Shown here: one piece after another, positions 1 through 8,308 of the stretch
Layout: each line of letters begins with the position of its first letter
Position numbering within the stretch: position 1 is the stretch's first letter
Source of the DNA: an uncultured Solirubrobacterales bacterium
Lineage (GTDB): Bacteria > Actinomycetota > Thermoleophilia > Solirubrobacterales > 70-9
DNA length: 64,000 nucleotides
Reading direction: 5' to 3'
NCBI GenBank assembly: GCA_963821025.1
Contig: CAWGCG010000003.1
Location: 1,144,931-1,208,930, forward strand
Made by a program: the position numbers and the translations under genes
The notes under the pieces: generated by a model
What the model was told of the DNA's origin: nothing
Databases searched by the model: none
What the model saw: only the letters and a program-made list of their open reading frames with translations

Positions 1-336
1 CCTGCTCGAGGCCGAGCAACGACTCCGCCGGGGAGATCGGCACGTAGGCGGGCGCGACCACGGTCTCGCCGAGTCCGAGCGCCTTCCTGGCGACGAAGGC
101 CGTCATCAGCTTGGTCGTCGAGGCGATCGGATAGGACGACTTCGCCCGGTGCGCTGCCAGCACCTCCCCGTCGGCCGCATCGACGAGGATCCAGGCGCGG
201 GCGTTGGGCGCGGGCGGCGGGTCGGCGGCGACGGCGGGCGCCGATGCGAACGCGGTCAGCGCCAGTGCCGATGCGAGGACGGCGAGCGCCTGCCGGCGCC
301 CGGGGGCGCTTAGCCGCCCTCGGCGAGCACCTTGCA
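1..336 (-). CDS. D-alanyl-D-alanine carboxypeptidase (peptidase S11, low-MW PBP), N-terminal part; gene runs off the window start
   Basis: Reverse translation gives a signal-peptide-like RRQALAVLASALALTAFASAPAVAA. It is followed by SYPIASTTKLMTAFVA, which carries the SxxK active-site motif. Start guessed at in-frame GTG 336..334. The ORF is absent from the track because it is truncated. Confidence 0.65.
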
Positions 337-699
337 CCCTTCGCGGACCAGGTCGACGCAGGCGTCGACCTGGATCAGCTGCGGGTCGAGGTTCTCGTTC
401 AACCGCGTGAGGCGTTCGATCGGGATGCAGGTCTTGTCGGCGACCACGCTCAGGTCCTCGCCCGACTTGATCACGTAATAGCCATCCTCGACCGCCTGCT
501 CGGCGTCGGGCTGACATCCGGTCGAGGTCGTCTTCTCGCGCTCGCGCTGCTGGCCGTCCTCGTCCGAGCCGAGCGAACCGGTGATCAGCAGCACCAGAGC
601 GGCGGTGACCAGCGCCAGCGCCAAGGGCGCCAGGATTCGCGCCGTCCAGCTCGACGGCTTGGGGTCCGACGGACGTGGCTCGGGGCCCCGCGCTTCCAT
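310..699 (-). CDS. LysM-domain membrane protein
   Basis: 129-aa ORF with one TM helix (ILAPLALALVTAALVLLITG). C-terminal LysM-like segment YYVIKSGEDLSVVADKTCIPIERLTRLNENL. Confidence 0.6.
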   Translation of the reverse strand: MEARGPEPRPSDPKPSSWTARILAPLALALVTAALVLLITGSLGSDEDGQQREREKTTSTGCQPDAEQAVEDGYYVIKSGEDLSVVADKTCIPIERLTRLNENLDPQLIQVDACVDLVREGCKVLAEGG

Positions 700-749
700 C
701 GAGCCCGCAATCGTAGGCGCTCATTCGTGCCCCGTACTCGGCGTAACGC

Positions 750-1646
750 TCAGCGGGCGGAGCTTTGCGCAACGGCCCAGACCTGGTCGCGCAGCCGCGC
801 CGCCGCAGCCCCCGGATCGTCGGCGCCGGCGAGCGAGCGCGAGGCGGTGACCAGCGCCGATGCAGGGTTGGCGGTGAACGCCGCTCCGAGCCGGCCGACA
901 TCGCCGCCCTGCGCCCCGACGCCGGGGATCAGGAAGATCGCGCTCGGCATCAACTCGCGCAGGCGAGCGAGAAAGCGCGGCTCGGTCGCTCCGACGACCG
1001 CCCCCATGCCGCTGAGCTCGCCCTCGCCCGCCAGACGGCTCGAGCGCGCGGCCACCAAAGCGGCGATTCGCTCATGAAACGGCGACCCCGCGCTGTCGGC
1101 GTCCAGCAGGTCCACGGCACCGGGATTCGAGCTCCGAACCAGCACGAACAGCCCCGCTCCGGTGATCGCCGCCGCCTCGATCAGAGGTTCGAGCGCGTCG
1201 CCGCCGAGCAGCGGGTTGACGGTCGCCGCATCGGCTCCGAGGCCGGCCACCGAGCCCCAGGGCGTCTCGAGGCCGCCGAACAACGCCTCGGCGTAGGCGG
1301 CGGCGCTGACCGCGACGTCGCCGCGCTTGCCGTCGGCGATCAGCAGCAGATCCGCATCGCGGGCGGCGAGCGCCACCTGCTCGAGCGCCCGCCATCCGGC
1401 GGCACCGAGGCGCTCGAAGCAGGCGAGCTGGGGCTTGACCGCGACGCATGCTTCCCCGGCGCGATCGATCAGCTCGCGCGAGTGGGCGACGACCGCCTCC
1501 GACGCGGCCTCGGCCGGCGAGGAGTCCCGCTCGCCGGCTCGAGGCCGCGCCCGCAGCGCGGAGGGGTCGGGATCGATGCCCAGGCAGACCTGGCTGCCCC
1601 GCTCCTCGACGAGCGCGGCGAGCCGATCGGCGAAGGGCGCGGCCAG
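750..1646 (-). CDS. pyrF: Orotidine 5'-phosphate decarboxylase, type 2
   Basis: LLIADGKRGDV motif and C-terminal LIPGVGAQGG. The conserved N-terminal SQVCLGIDPDP lies upstream of the first canonical start (1376). The ORF was therefore extended to CTG 1646..1644; see findings. Confidence 0.8.
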   Translation of the reverse strand: MAAPFADRLAALVEERGSQVCLGIDPDPSALRARPRAGERDSSPAEAASEAVVAHSRELIDRAGEACVAVKPQLACFERLGAAGWRALEQVALAARDADLLLIADGKRGDVAVSAAAYAEALFGGLETPWGSVAGLGADAATVNPLLGGDALEPLIEAAAITGAGLFVLVRSSNPGAVDLLDADSAGSPFHERIAALVAARSSRLAGEGELSGMGAVVGATEPRFLARLRELMPSAIFLIPGVGAQGGDVGRLGAAFTANPASALVTASRSLAGADDPGAAAARLRDQVWAVAQSSAR

Positions 1647-1650
1647 GCGG

Positions 1651-1923
1651 TTAGCCCTTGACCTTCGACTTGAGCCCGGCGCCGGCCGAGAACTTCGGCA
1701 CCCGTCCGCCGGCGATCGTGATTCGCTCGCCGGTGCGCGGGTTCACGCCCTGGCGGGGGCCGCGCTCGGCGACGCTGAACTTGCCGAACCCGGTGAAGTT
1801 CACGTCACCACCGCCGACCAGCGTGCTCGTGATCCCGTCGAGGACGGTCTCGACCGCATCCCCCGCCGCCTTCTTCGAGTCGAAGTCACCGGCGATGCTC
1901 TCTACGAATTCACCCTTGGTCAA
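1651..1923 (-). CDS. hup: HU family DNA-binding protein
   Basis: 90 aa with GFGKFSVAERGPRQGVNPRTGERITI, the typical HU arm. TTG start preceded by GAGGAGGA. Confidence 0.9.
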   Translation of the reverse strand: MTKGEFVESIAGDFDSKKAAGDAVETVLDGITSTLVGGGDVNFTGFGKFSVAERGPRQGVNPRTGERITIAGGRVPKFSAGAGLKSKVKG

Positions 1924-1956
1924 TGTCTTTCCTCCTCATCGAGTGGTCGGCCGCGC

Positions 1957-1987
1957 AACATAACAGCGGCCCTAGACGGCTTGTCCA
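1957..1987 (-). promoter_or_regulatory. Candidate hup promoter (TGGACA - 19 nt - TATGTT)
   Basis: On the minus strand, TGGACA (1987..1982) and TATGTT (1962..1957) sit about 35 nt upstream of the hup start. Hexamers and spacer are suboptimal. Confidence 0.3.
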
Positions 1988-2030
1988 TGCGCCCCCGGCG
2001 CGTGGGCCCGGGGCGCCCGCGATCGCGGGG

Positions 2031-3692
2031 CTACATCCGCTCCGGGGCGCCGACGCCGATCAGCGCCAGGGTCTCGGCGATCGTCGCCTTCGCGGCGACG
2101 CAGAGCGCGAGCCTGGCCGCCTCGAGTCCCTTCGGCTCGGCCCCGACCACCCGGCAGTCGCGGTAGAAGGCGTGAAAGTCGGCGGCGGTGGCCGTTGCGT
2201 AGGCGCAGAGGCGATGCGGGGCGCGCCGTGATGCCGCGGTCTCGACCTGACCCGCAAACTCGAGCAGCCGCCGGACGAGGGCGCGCTCGGCCGGCTCTCC
2301 GGCAGTCGCCAGCGCCTCCTCGGCGCTTGCCGCTGCGGCGGTCGCTTCGCCGTCAACAGCGGCGGCGACGCCCTCGGCCGCGGCCTTGCGGAGGATGCTC
2401 GCCAGCCGTGCGTGCGCATACTGCACGTAGTAGACCGGGTTGTCCTGCGAGGCCGAGCGGGCGAGCTCGAGGTCGATGTCGATCGCGGTGTCGTGGCTGC
2501 GCTGGACCATGAAGAAGCGGGCCGCGTCGACTCCGATGTCCTCGACCAGCTCGTCGAGGGTGACGAAGTCGCCGCGGCGCTTCGACATCCGCGCGCGCTG
2601 GCCGCCCTCGACCACGCTGACCATCTGCACGATCGCCGCCTCGAATCGCTCGGGATCGACGCCGAGCGCCGCCAGCGCCGCCCGCATCCGCGGCACGTAT
2701 CCATGGTGGTCGGCGCCGAGCACGTTGATCAGGCGGTCGGCCCCGCGCTCGATCTTGTCCACGTGATAGGCGATGTCGGGGGCGAAGTAGGTGAGCTCGC
2801 CGTCCTTGCGGATCAGCACCCGGTCCTTGTCGTCGCCGAAGTCGCTGGTTCGCAGCCAGAGCGCTCCCTCGCTCTGATAGACGTGGCCACGGCCGCGGAG
2901 CTCGTCGAGCGCCCGCTCGGCCCGGCCGGACTCGCGCATGGTGCGCTCCGACGACCAGGTGTCGAACACCACCCGGAACCGTTTCAGGCTCGCCTCGATC
3001 CGGTCGCGCATCGCGGCGGTCGCGAGCCGCGCGAGCCGGTCCGGGTCGTCCGCGCCCGCGCCCGCCGCGGCCAGCTCGCCGGCGAGCTCGCTGACGTACT
3101 CGGCGCCGTAGCCGTCCTCGGGCGGCTCGACCCCGCGCATCCGGGCGGCGATCGAGTCGGCGAACAGGTCCACCTGGGTGCCGGCGTCGTTGAGGTAGTA
3201 CTCGCGCTCGACGGTCTCCCCGGCGGCCTCGAGCAGTCGCGCCAGCGAGTCGCCGAAGGCCGCTCCGCGACCCCCCGCCACGGTCACCGGGCCGGTCGGA
3301 TTGGCGCTCACGAATTCGACCAGGACCCGCTCGGATCCGTCACGGCGCGGCAGCGCCGCCCCGCGGGAGAGCAGCCCAACGGTCGCCTCGCGGTACCAGC
3401 GATCGGCGAGGAAGAGGTTGAGGAAACCCGGGCCGGCGACCTCGATCCGCTCGGCGCGCGGGCCGAGCCGGCCCTCGAGCTCGGTGCGCAGGCGCTCGGC
3501 CACCTCGCGCGGCGATGAGCCGGCGGTCGGCGCCAGCAGCATCGCCGCGTTGGTCGAGTAGTCGCCGAGCTCGGCCTTGGGCGGGCGCTCGAGCGTCAGC
3601 CGCGGTCCGCTGGCGGCGTCGATCTCCGCCGCGACCTGCTCGACCACGGCCCGCAGCTCGGCGAGCGCGTCGGATCGGGGCGTGGTGGCCAT
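2031..3692 (-). CDS. argS: Arginine--tRNA ligase
   Basis: 553 aa with FVSANPTGPVTVAGGRGAA (HIGH-region equivalent), MSKRRG, and a C-terminal anticodon-binding domain ending in M. Confidence 0.95.
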   Translation of the reverse strand: MATTPRSDALAELRAVVEQVAAEIDAASGPRLTLERPPKAELGDYSTNAAMLLAPTAGSSPREVAERLRTELEGRLGPRAERIEVAGPGFLNLFLADRWYREATVGLLSRGAALPRRDGSERVLVEFVSANPTGPVTVAGGRGAAFGDSLARLLEAAGETVEREYYLNDAGTQVDLFADSIAARMRGVEPPEDGYGAEYVSELAGELAAAGAGADDPDRLARLATAAMRDRIEASLKRFRVVFDTWSSERTMRESGRAERALDELRGRGHVYQSEGALWLRTSDFGDDKDRVLIRKDGELTYFAPDIAYHVDKIERGADRLINVLGADHHGYVPRMRAALAALGVDPERFEAAIVQMVSVVEGGQRARMSKRRGDFVTLDELVEDIGVDAARFFMVQRSHDTAIDIDLELARSASQDNPVYYVQYAHARLASILRKAAAEGVAAAVDGEATAAAASAEEALATAGEPAERALVRRLLEFAGQVETAASRRAPHRLCAYATATAADFHAFYRDCRVVGAEPKGLEAARLALCVAAKATIAETLALIGVGAPERM

Positions 3693-3780
3693 GCCTCGAT
3701 ACTAGAGGCGTGATCTGGGGGCGTCTCGAGGCCTCCGAGATCGGGAACGCCGACGCCGGGAGCACTAAGCTGCGGCCCGC

Positions 3781-4713
3781 ATGAAAGCACTGGTAACGGG
3801 CGGCGCAGGGTTCATCGGATCGCATCTGGTCGACCGACTGGTGGCGCGCGGCGACGAGGTGGTGGTCCTCGACAACCTGTCCTCGGGCCGCGCTGAGAAC
3901 CTCGTCGACGCCTGCGAGAGGGGCGCCGAACTGGTCGAGGGCGACATCGTCCATCGCGAGGCGGTCGCCGAGGCGTTCGCGCGAGCTCGACCCGAGCTGG
4001 TCTGCCACCTGGCCGCCCAGATCGACGTCCGCCGCTCGGTCGACGACCCGGCCTTCGACCTCGGCGTCAACGTCGGCGGCACGATCAACCTGCTCGAGGC
4101 GGCGCGCCAGGGCGAGGTCTCGCGCTTCCTCCTCGCCTCGACCGGGGGCGCGATCTACGGCGAGGGCGAGGGCCGCGAGCTGCCGCTCGCCGAGGACTCC
4201 GAGTGCCTGCCCGATGCCCCCTATGGCCAGTCCAAGCGGGCTGCCGAAGGCTATCTGGACCTCTACCGCCGCCTCTACGGGGTCGAGGCGACCGCGCTGC
4301 GACTCGGCAACGTCTACGGGCCCCGCCAGGACCCCCACGGCGAGGCCGGGGTGGTCGCGATCTTCAGCAGCGCCCTGATCGACGGCCGCCGTCCGCGGGT
4401 CTTCGGCGACGGCCGGCAGACCCGCGATTACGTCTTCGTCGTCGACGTCGCCGCCGCCTTTCTGGCCGCGGCGGAGCGCGGCGGAGCGGGCGCCTACAAC
4501 GTCGGCACGGGTGCCGAGACCAGCGTGCTCGAGCTCGGCCGGCGGATCGCAGGGGTGTCCGAGCTCGAGTTCGATCCTCAGATGGAGCCGGCGCGCGTGG
4601 GCGAGGTGCAGCGGATCTCGATCGACCCCTCCCGGGCCGCGACCGAGCTCGGGTGGCGCGCCGAGCACGACCTCGACGGCGGGCTCGAGCTGACCTTCCG
4701 TTCGTTCGGCTAG
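3781..4713 (+). CDS. NAD-dependent epimerase/dehydratase (UDP-glucose 4-epimerase-like SDR)
   Basis: N-terminal VTGGAGFIGSHLVDRL Rossmann motif and the YGQSK catalytic YxxxK. Confidence 0.85.
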   Translation: MKALVTGGAGFIGSHLVDRLVARGDEVVVLDNLSSGRAENLVDACERGAELVEGDIVHREAVAEAFARARPELVCHLAAQIDVRRSVDDPAFDLGVNVGGTINLLEAARQGEVSRFLLASTGGAIYGEGEGRELPLAEDSECLPDAPYGQSKRAAEGYLDLYRRLYGVEATALRLGNVYGPRQDPHGEAGVVAIFSSALIDGRRPRVFGDGRQTRDYVFVVDVAAAFLAAAERGGAGAYNVGTGAETSVLELGRRIAGVSELEFDPQMEPARVGEVQRISIDPSRAATELGWRAEHDLDGGLELTFRSFG

Positions 4714-4726
4714 GAAGCGGGCGGTC

Positions 4727-5626
4727 GTGGCCGGCGAGCCCGTGCTCGACGTGGTCATCGTCTCCTATCGCTGCGAGGGGCTGCTCCGCGACTGCCTAGC
4801 CTCGCTGCTCGCCAACCCGCCGGCGGGCGGCCAGACCGTCCGCGTGATCGACAACGCGTCCGGCGACGACACCGCGGCGATGGTTCGCCGCGAGTTCGGC
4901 GACGTGCTCCTGACCGAGAGCGATCGCAACCTCGGTTTCAGCGCCGCCAACAACCTCGGGATCGCTGCCGGCGGCGCCTCCTACGTGCTGGCGCTGAACC
5001 CGGATACCCGGATCACGCCCGGGTCGCTCGACGCCCTGATCGAGCTCATGGACTCACGCAGCGAGCTCGGCATCTGCGGCCCGCGGCTGGAGCTCGAGGA
5101 CGGCAGCTTCGACCACGCCTCGCGGCGGTCCTTCCCCACCCCGCTCGGCGCGCTCGGCCACTTCACCGGGCTCGGCCGCCGCGCCGGCGCCGGCGAGGCG
5201 CTCGCCCAGTACCGGGCCCCCGAGGTCGAGTCGGGGCCCGTCGACGCCGTCAACGGCGCCTTCATGCTGATGCGCCGCGCCCCGTTCGAGCGCCTCGGGG
5301 GCTTCGACGAGGGCTATTGGATGTACATGGAGGACCTCGACCTCTGCTACCGGTTCGCCGAGGCCGGGCTTACCACCTGGTTCGAGCCCTCGGTGACCGT
5401 GATCCACGTGAAGGCCGGAACCAGCGGCCCGGTCCGCTCGCTGCCGCTCGTCTACGCCTTCCACTACGGCATGTACCGCTTCTACCGCGCCCACTACGCC
5501 GACGCGCACGACCCGCTCTACAACGCCGCGATCTACGCCGGGATCGGACTCAAGTTGACACTGGCGGCAGCCCGCAGCGTCCTCCTGCGCACCCTCGCCC
5601 GGGTGGGGCGGAAAACGCCGCCCTGA
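4727..5626 (+). CDS. Glycosyltransferase family 2
   Basis: VVIVSYRCEGLLRDCLASL, VIDNASGDDT, and DLDLCYR (ED-like motif) are typical of GT2 rhamnosyl/glucosyl transferases. Confidence 0.8.
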   Translation: MAGEPVLDVVIVSYRCEGLLRDCLASLLANPPAGGQTVRVIDNASGDDTAAMVRREFGDVLLTESDRNLGFSAANNLGIAAGGASYVLALNPDTRITPGSLDALIELMDSRSELGICGPRLELEDGSFDHASRRSFPTPLGALGHFTGLGRRAGAGEALAQYRAPEVESGPVDAVNGAFMLMRRAPFERLGGFDEGYWMYMEDLDLCYRFAEAGLTTWFEPSVTVIHVKAGTSGPVRSLPLVYAFHYGMYRFYRAHYADAHDPLYNAAIYAGIGLKLTLAAARSVLLRTLARVGRKTPP

Positions 5627-5648
5627 CCGGCGAAATCCGTCCCACCCG
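5602..5648. repeat. 47-nt conserved stem-loop motif, copy 1 (GGTGGGGCGGAAAAYGCCG..GGCGAAATCCGTCCCACCCG)
   Basis: 41/47 positions are identical to 27227..27273 by hand alignment. GGTGGG/CCCACC flanks can pair. Overlaps the last codons of the GT2 gene and sits just after the M48 stop on the other strand. Confidence 0.6.
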
Positions 5649-5654
5649 GGGCGT

Positions 5655-6902
5655 TCAGCCGCCCCGCTGGTAGGCGAGTGCGGCTCCGATCCGGTCGACC
5701 GTGGACGGATGGGTGGCGAAGACCGCCGACCACAACCCCGGCGGGTCGGGATCGGTGAGGTTGGTGCGCGCCAGGCGGCGCTGGATGTCGATCAGCGCCC
5801 GCGGGTCGTCGGTGAGCTCGAGCGCGAACTGATCGGCGCGCGCCTCGACCTGGCGCGAGAGCTGGTTGCCGGGCACGTTGAGGATCAGGACCGCGAGCGA
5901 GAGGGCGAGCAGGTAGGCCGGGATCGCCGCCGGGGTGCGCGGATCGGCGCCCCCGCGCCGGGCGACCGCGATTCCGAGCTCCCGGGTGAACACGAGCCCG
6001 AGCGGGGCGACGATCACGACGAACAGCAGCCCGCCGCGGATGTCGTGGTTGGCGACATGGCCGAGCTCATGGGCGACGATCGAAGCGAGCTCGCGGCGCT
6101 CGGCCTCGGCGAGCAGGTTGTCGTAGAGGACCACCCGCTTGCTCGAGCCGAGTCCATCGACGTAGGCGTTCAGCGAGTTCACCCTGCGGCTCGCGTCGAT
6201 CCGGTAGACCTCGCCGATGTCGACGCCGGCCCGCTCGCCGAGCTCGACCACCTCGGCGCGCGCGCGGCTGTCGGGCGGCAGGGCCTCGAAGCGGTTGAAG
6301 ATCGGCGCCAGCAACACCGGCGCGATCCAGACGAAGGCGACTGCGAGCGCGGCCACGACCGCGGTTCCCGGCGCCCACCAGGCGCGCGGGAATTTTCGGA
6401 TCAGCGCCATCAACAGGGCGGCCGCGAGCCCCGTGAGCGCGATCCCGATCGCCGCCGACCGGGCGACATCCCAGAGCCAGGAGGCGAGCGATTGCGACGA
6501 AAGCCCCGCGTCGACGGCGCGCTCGTGCGCCCACAGACCCGTCGGCAGCGCCGCCAGCCGCGTCGCCAGCGCGACCGCGGCGCCCGCTGCGGCCGCGCCC
6601 AGCACGGGGTGTGACGCGAGCCGGTCGAGCCGGCGGCGCAGCGGCGCCGGGCGGCCGAGTGCCAGGGCCACGAGGACGACCGCCTCGATCGCGAGCCCGG
6701 CGAGCGTCAGCAGACGCTGGCCCTGACGGTAGTCGTGAGCACGCTCGAGCTCGGCGGGGCTGAAGTAGTCGCGCTCGGCGGTCGGGGCCGGATCGAGCGT
6801 CTCGCCGGAGGGGCTGAGCAGCCAGACCGCGAGCTCGGCAACCGCGATCATCGCCACCGCCGCCACGGCCACGCGAGCCGCGTTCGAGCGGGGCAACCTC
6901 AT
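5655..6902 (-). CDS. M48 family zinc metalloprotease (Ste24/HtpX-like), polytopic membrane protein
   Basis: HELGHVANHD HExxH motif and several TM helices in the N-terminal half. Confidence 0.8.
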   Translation of the reverse strand: MRLPRSNAARVAVAAVAMIAVAELAVWLLSPSGETLDPAPTAERDYFSPAELERAHDYRQGQRLLTLAGLAIEAVVLVALALGRPAPLRRRLDRLASHPVLGAAAAGAAVALATRLAALPTGLWAHERAVDAGLSSQSLASWLWDVARSAAIGIALTGLAAALLMALIRKFPRAWWAPGTAVVAALAVAFVWIAPVLLAPIFNRFEALPPDSRARAEVVELGERAGVDIGEVYRIDASRRVNSLNAYVDGLGSSKRVVLYDNLLAEAERRELASIVAHELGHVANHDIRGGLLFVVIVAPLGLVFTRELGIAVARRGGADPRTPAAIPAYLLALSLAVLILNVPGNQLSRQVEARADQFALELTDDPRALIDIQRRLARTNLTDPDPPGLWSAVFATHPSTVDRIGAALAYQRGG

Positions 6903-6948
6903 CCCCGCCTACGATAGTCGGCTCTCCAGGGGCCCTGGCGGTCTTCTC

Positions 6949-7698
6949 ATGCGGCTGGCGATCCTCAGCGACATCCACTCAAACCTGCCGGCGCTCGAGT
7001 CGGTGGTCGCCGACATCGAGGCCGTCGGCGTCGAGGAGTCGTGGTGCCTCGGCGACGTGGTCGGCTATGGCGCTCAGCCGAACGAGTGCATGGAGCTCGT
7101 TCGCGATCGTTGCACCCTCTGCCTGGTGGGAAACCACGACCTCGCGGCGCTCGACCAGCTCGACATCTCGACCTTCTCGCCCGCCGCCGCAGCCGCGGTC
7201 CGATGGACCCGCGGGGTCTTGAGCGAGCGCACCGCCGCCTTCCTGGGCGGGCTCGAGCCTGCCGACGAGTCCCACGAGGTCGCCCTCTATCACGCCTCGC
7301 CGCGCGACCCGGTCTGGGAGTACGTGCTCTGGCCCGATCAGGCAGCGGAGTGCATCCGCGTCCAGGCCGCCAGGGTGAGCCTCGTCGGCCACTCCCACGT
7401 CGCCCTCTTCTTCGCCCTCGCCGATCCCGGCCCCAGCGGCGATTCGGCGAACGCCCGCGGTGCCCAGGCGGGTGCCGGTACCAGCCTCGAGATCGGCCGC
7501 GGAAGCTGGCTGGTCAATCCCGGCAGCGTCGGTCAACCACGCGACGGCGACGCCCGGGCGGCCTGGCTCGAGCTCGACACCGAGGCCTGGCGGGCAATCT
7601 TCCACCGAGTCGAGTACGACATCGACCGCGCCGCCGACGCGATCGTCGCGACCGAGCTCCCCGAGCACCTCGCGAGACGCCTCTACGTGGGTCAGTGA
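6949..7698 (+). CDS. Metallophosphoesterase (YfcE/MJ0936-like phosphodiesterase)
   Basis: LAILSDIHSN, GDVVGYG, GNHD and GHSH motifs in the canonical order. Confidence 0.8.
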   Translation: MRLAILSDIHSNLPALESVVADIEAVGVEESWCLGDVVGYGAQPNECMELVRDRCTLCLVGNHDLAALDQLDISTFSPAAAAAVRWTRGVLSERTAAFLGGLEPADESHEVALYHASPRDPVWEYVLWPDQAAECIRVQAARVSLVGHSHVALFFALADPGPSGDSANARGAQAGAGTSLEIGRGSWLVNPGSVGQPRDGDARAAWLELDTEAWRAIFHRVEYDIDRAADAIVATELPEHLARRLYVGQ

Positions 7699-7748
7699 GC
7701 GCGCCGAACCCAAGTTCGCCGGCCAGTCGGCTATCTAGACTGGCCGCG

Positions 7749-8306
7749 ATGGCGGGCCGACTCCAGCTGACCCTGCTTGCAGGCATTTGTGCGGCCGCGA
7801 TCGCCGGTTGCGGCTCCAACGACGAGGGGACGATCCCCGCAGCCGACTCCGAGCAGCTGACCACCCTGCTGGACGCGGTCGAAGGCGACGTCGCGAGCGG
7901 CGACTGCGACGTCGCCGAGAAGCGTGCCCAGCAGTTCGTCGACCAGGTCAACCTGCTCCCCGCCGAGGTCGAGGACAAGGTCAAGGGGGGTTTGCAGGAG
8001 GCCGCGGCTCGCCTGCGAGAGCTGGTCAGCGAGTCCGGGCAATGCGAGCAGACCACCGGGCCCTCGGGCGAGTCCGGGGCCGAGCCTACGACCGGCGCGG
8101 TCGAGCCCGCGGTCGAGCCCGAGGTCACCGAGCCGACGACCGATACGACCACCGAGCCGGCGGAGACGTCACCCGAGAACGACGGCGCCGAAGGCGGCGG
8201 CGAGACCTCCAACGGCCCACCCGAGAGCCCGCCGGGCAACGGCCCGCCCGCCGGGAGCAACGCCGGCGGCAACGTCGGATCGGGCGGGATCGAGATCGGG
8301 CCCTGA
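7749..8306 (+). CDS. Lipoprotein with acidic/Pro-Thr-rich low-complexity C-terminus
   Basis: ATG at 7749 gives MAGRLQLTLLAGICAAAIAGCGS with lipobox IAGC. It is in frame inside the longer spurious ORF 7041..8306. The stop lies 2 nt before the kinase start. Confidence 0.6.
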   Translation: MAGRLQLTLLAGICAAAIAGCGSNDEGTIPAADSEQLTTLLDAVEGDVASGDCDVAEKRAQQFVDQVNLLPAEVEDKVKGGLQEAAARLRELVSESGQCEQTTGPSGESGAEPTTGAVEPAVEPEVTEPTTDTTTEPAETSPENDGAEGGGETSNGPPESPPGNGPPAGSNAGGNVGSGGIEIGP

Positions 8307-8308
8307 GC

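Noticed and set aside
3340-4758. 472-aa minus-strand ORF overlapping the epimerase gene and part of argS.
   Set aside because: It has no motifs and an Arg/Ala/Gly-rich composition. The plus-strand frame has a clean GxGxxG SDR signature, and argS is in another frame.
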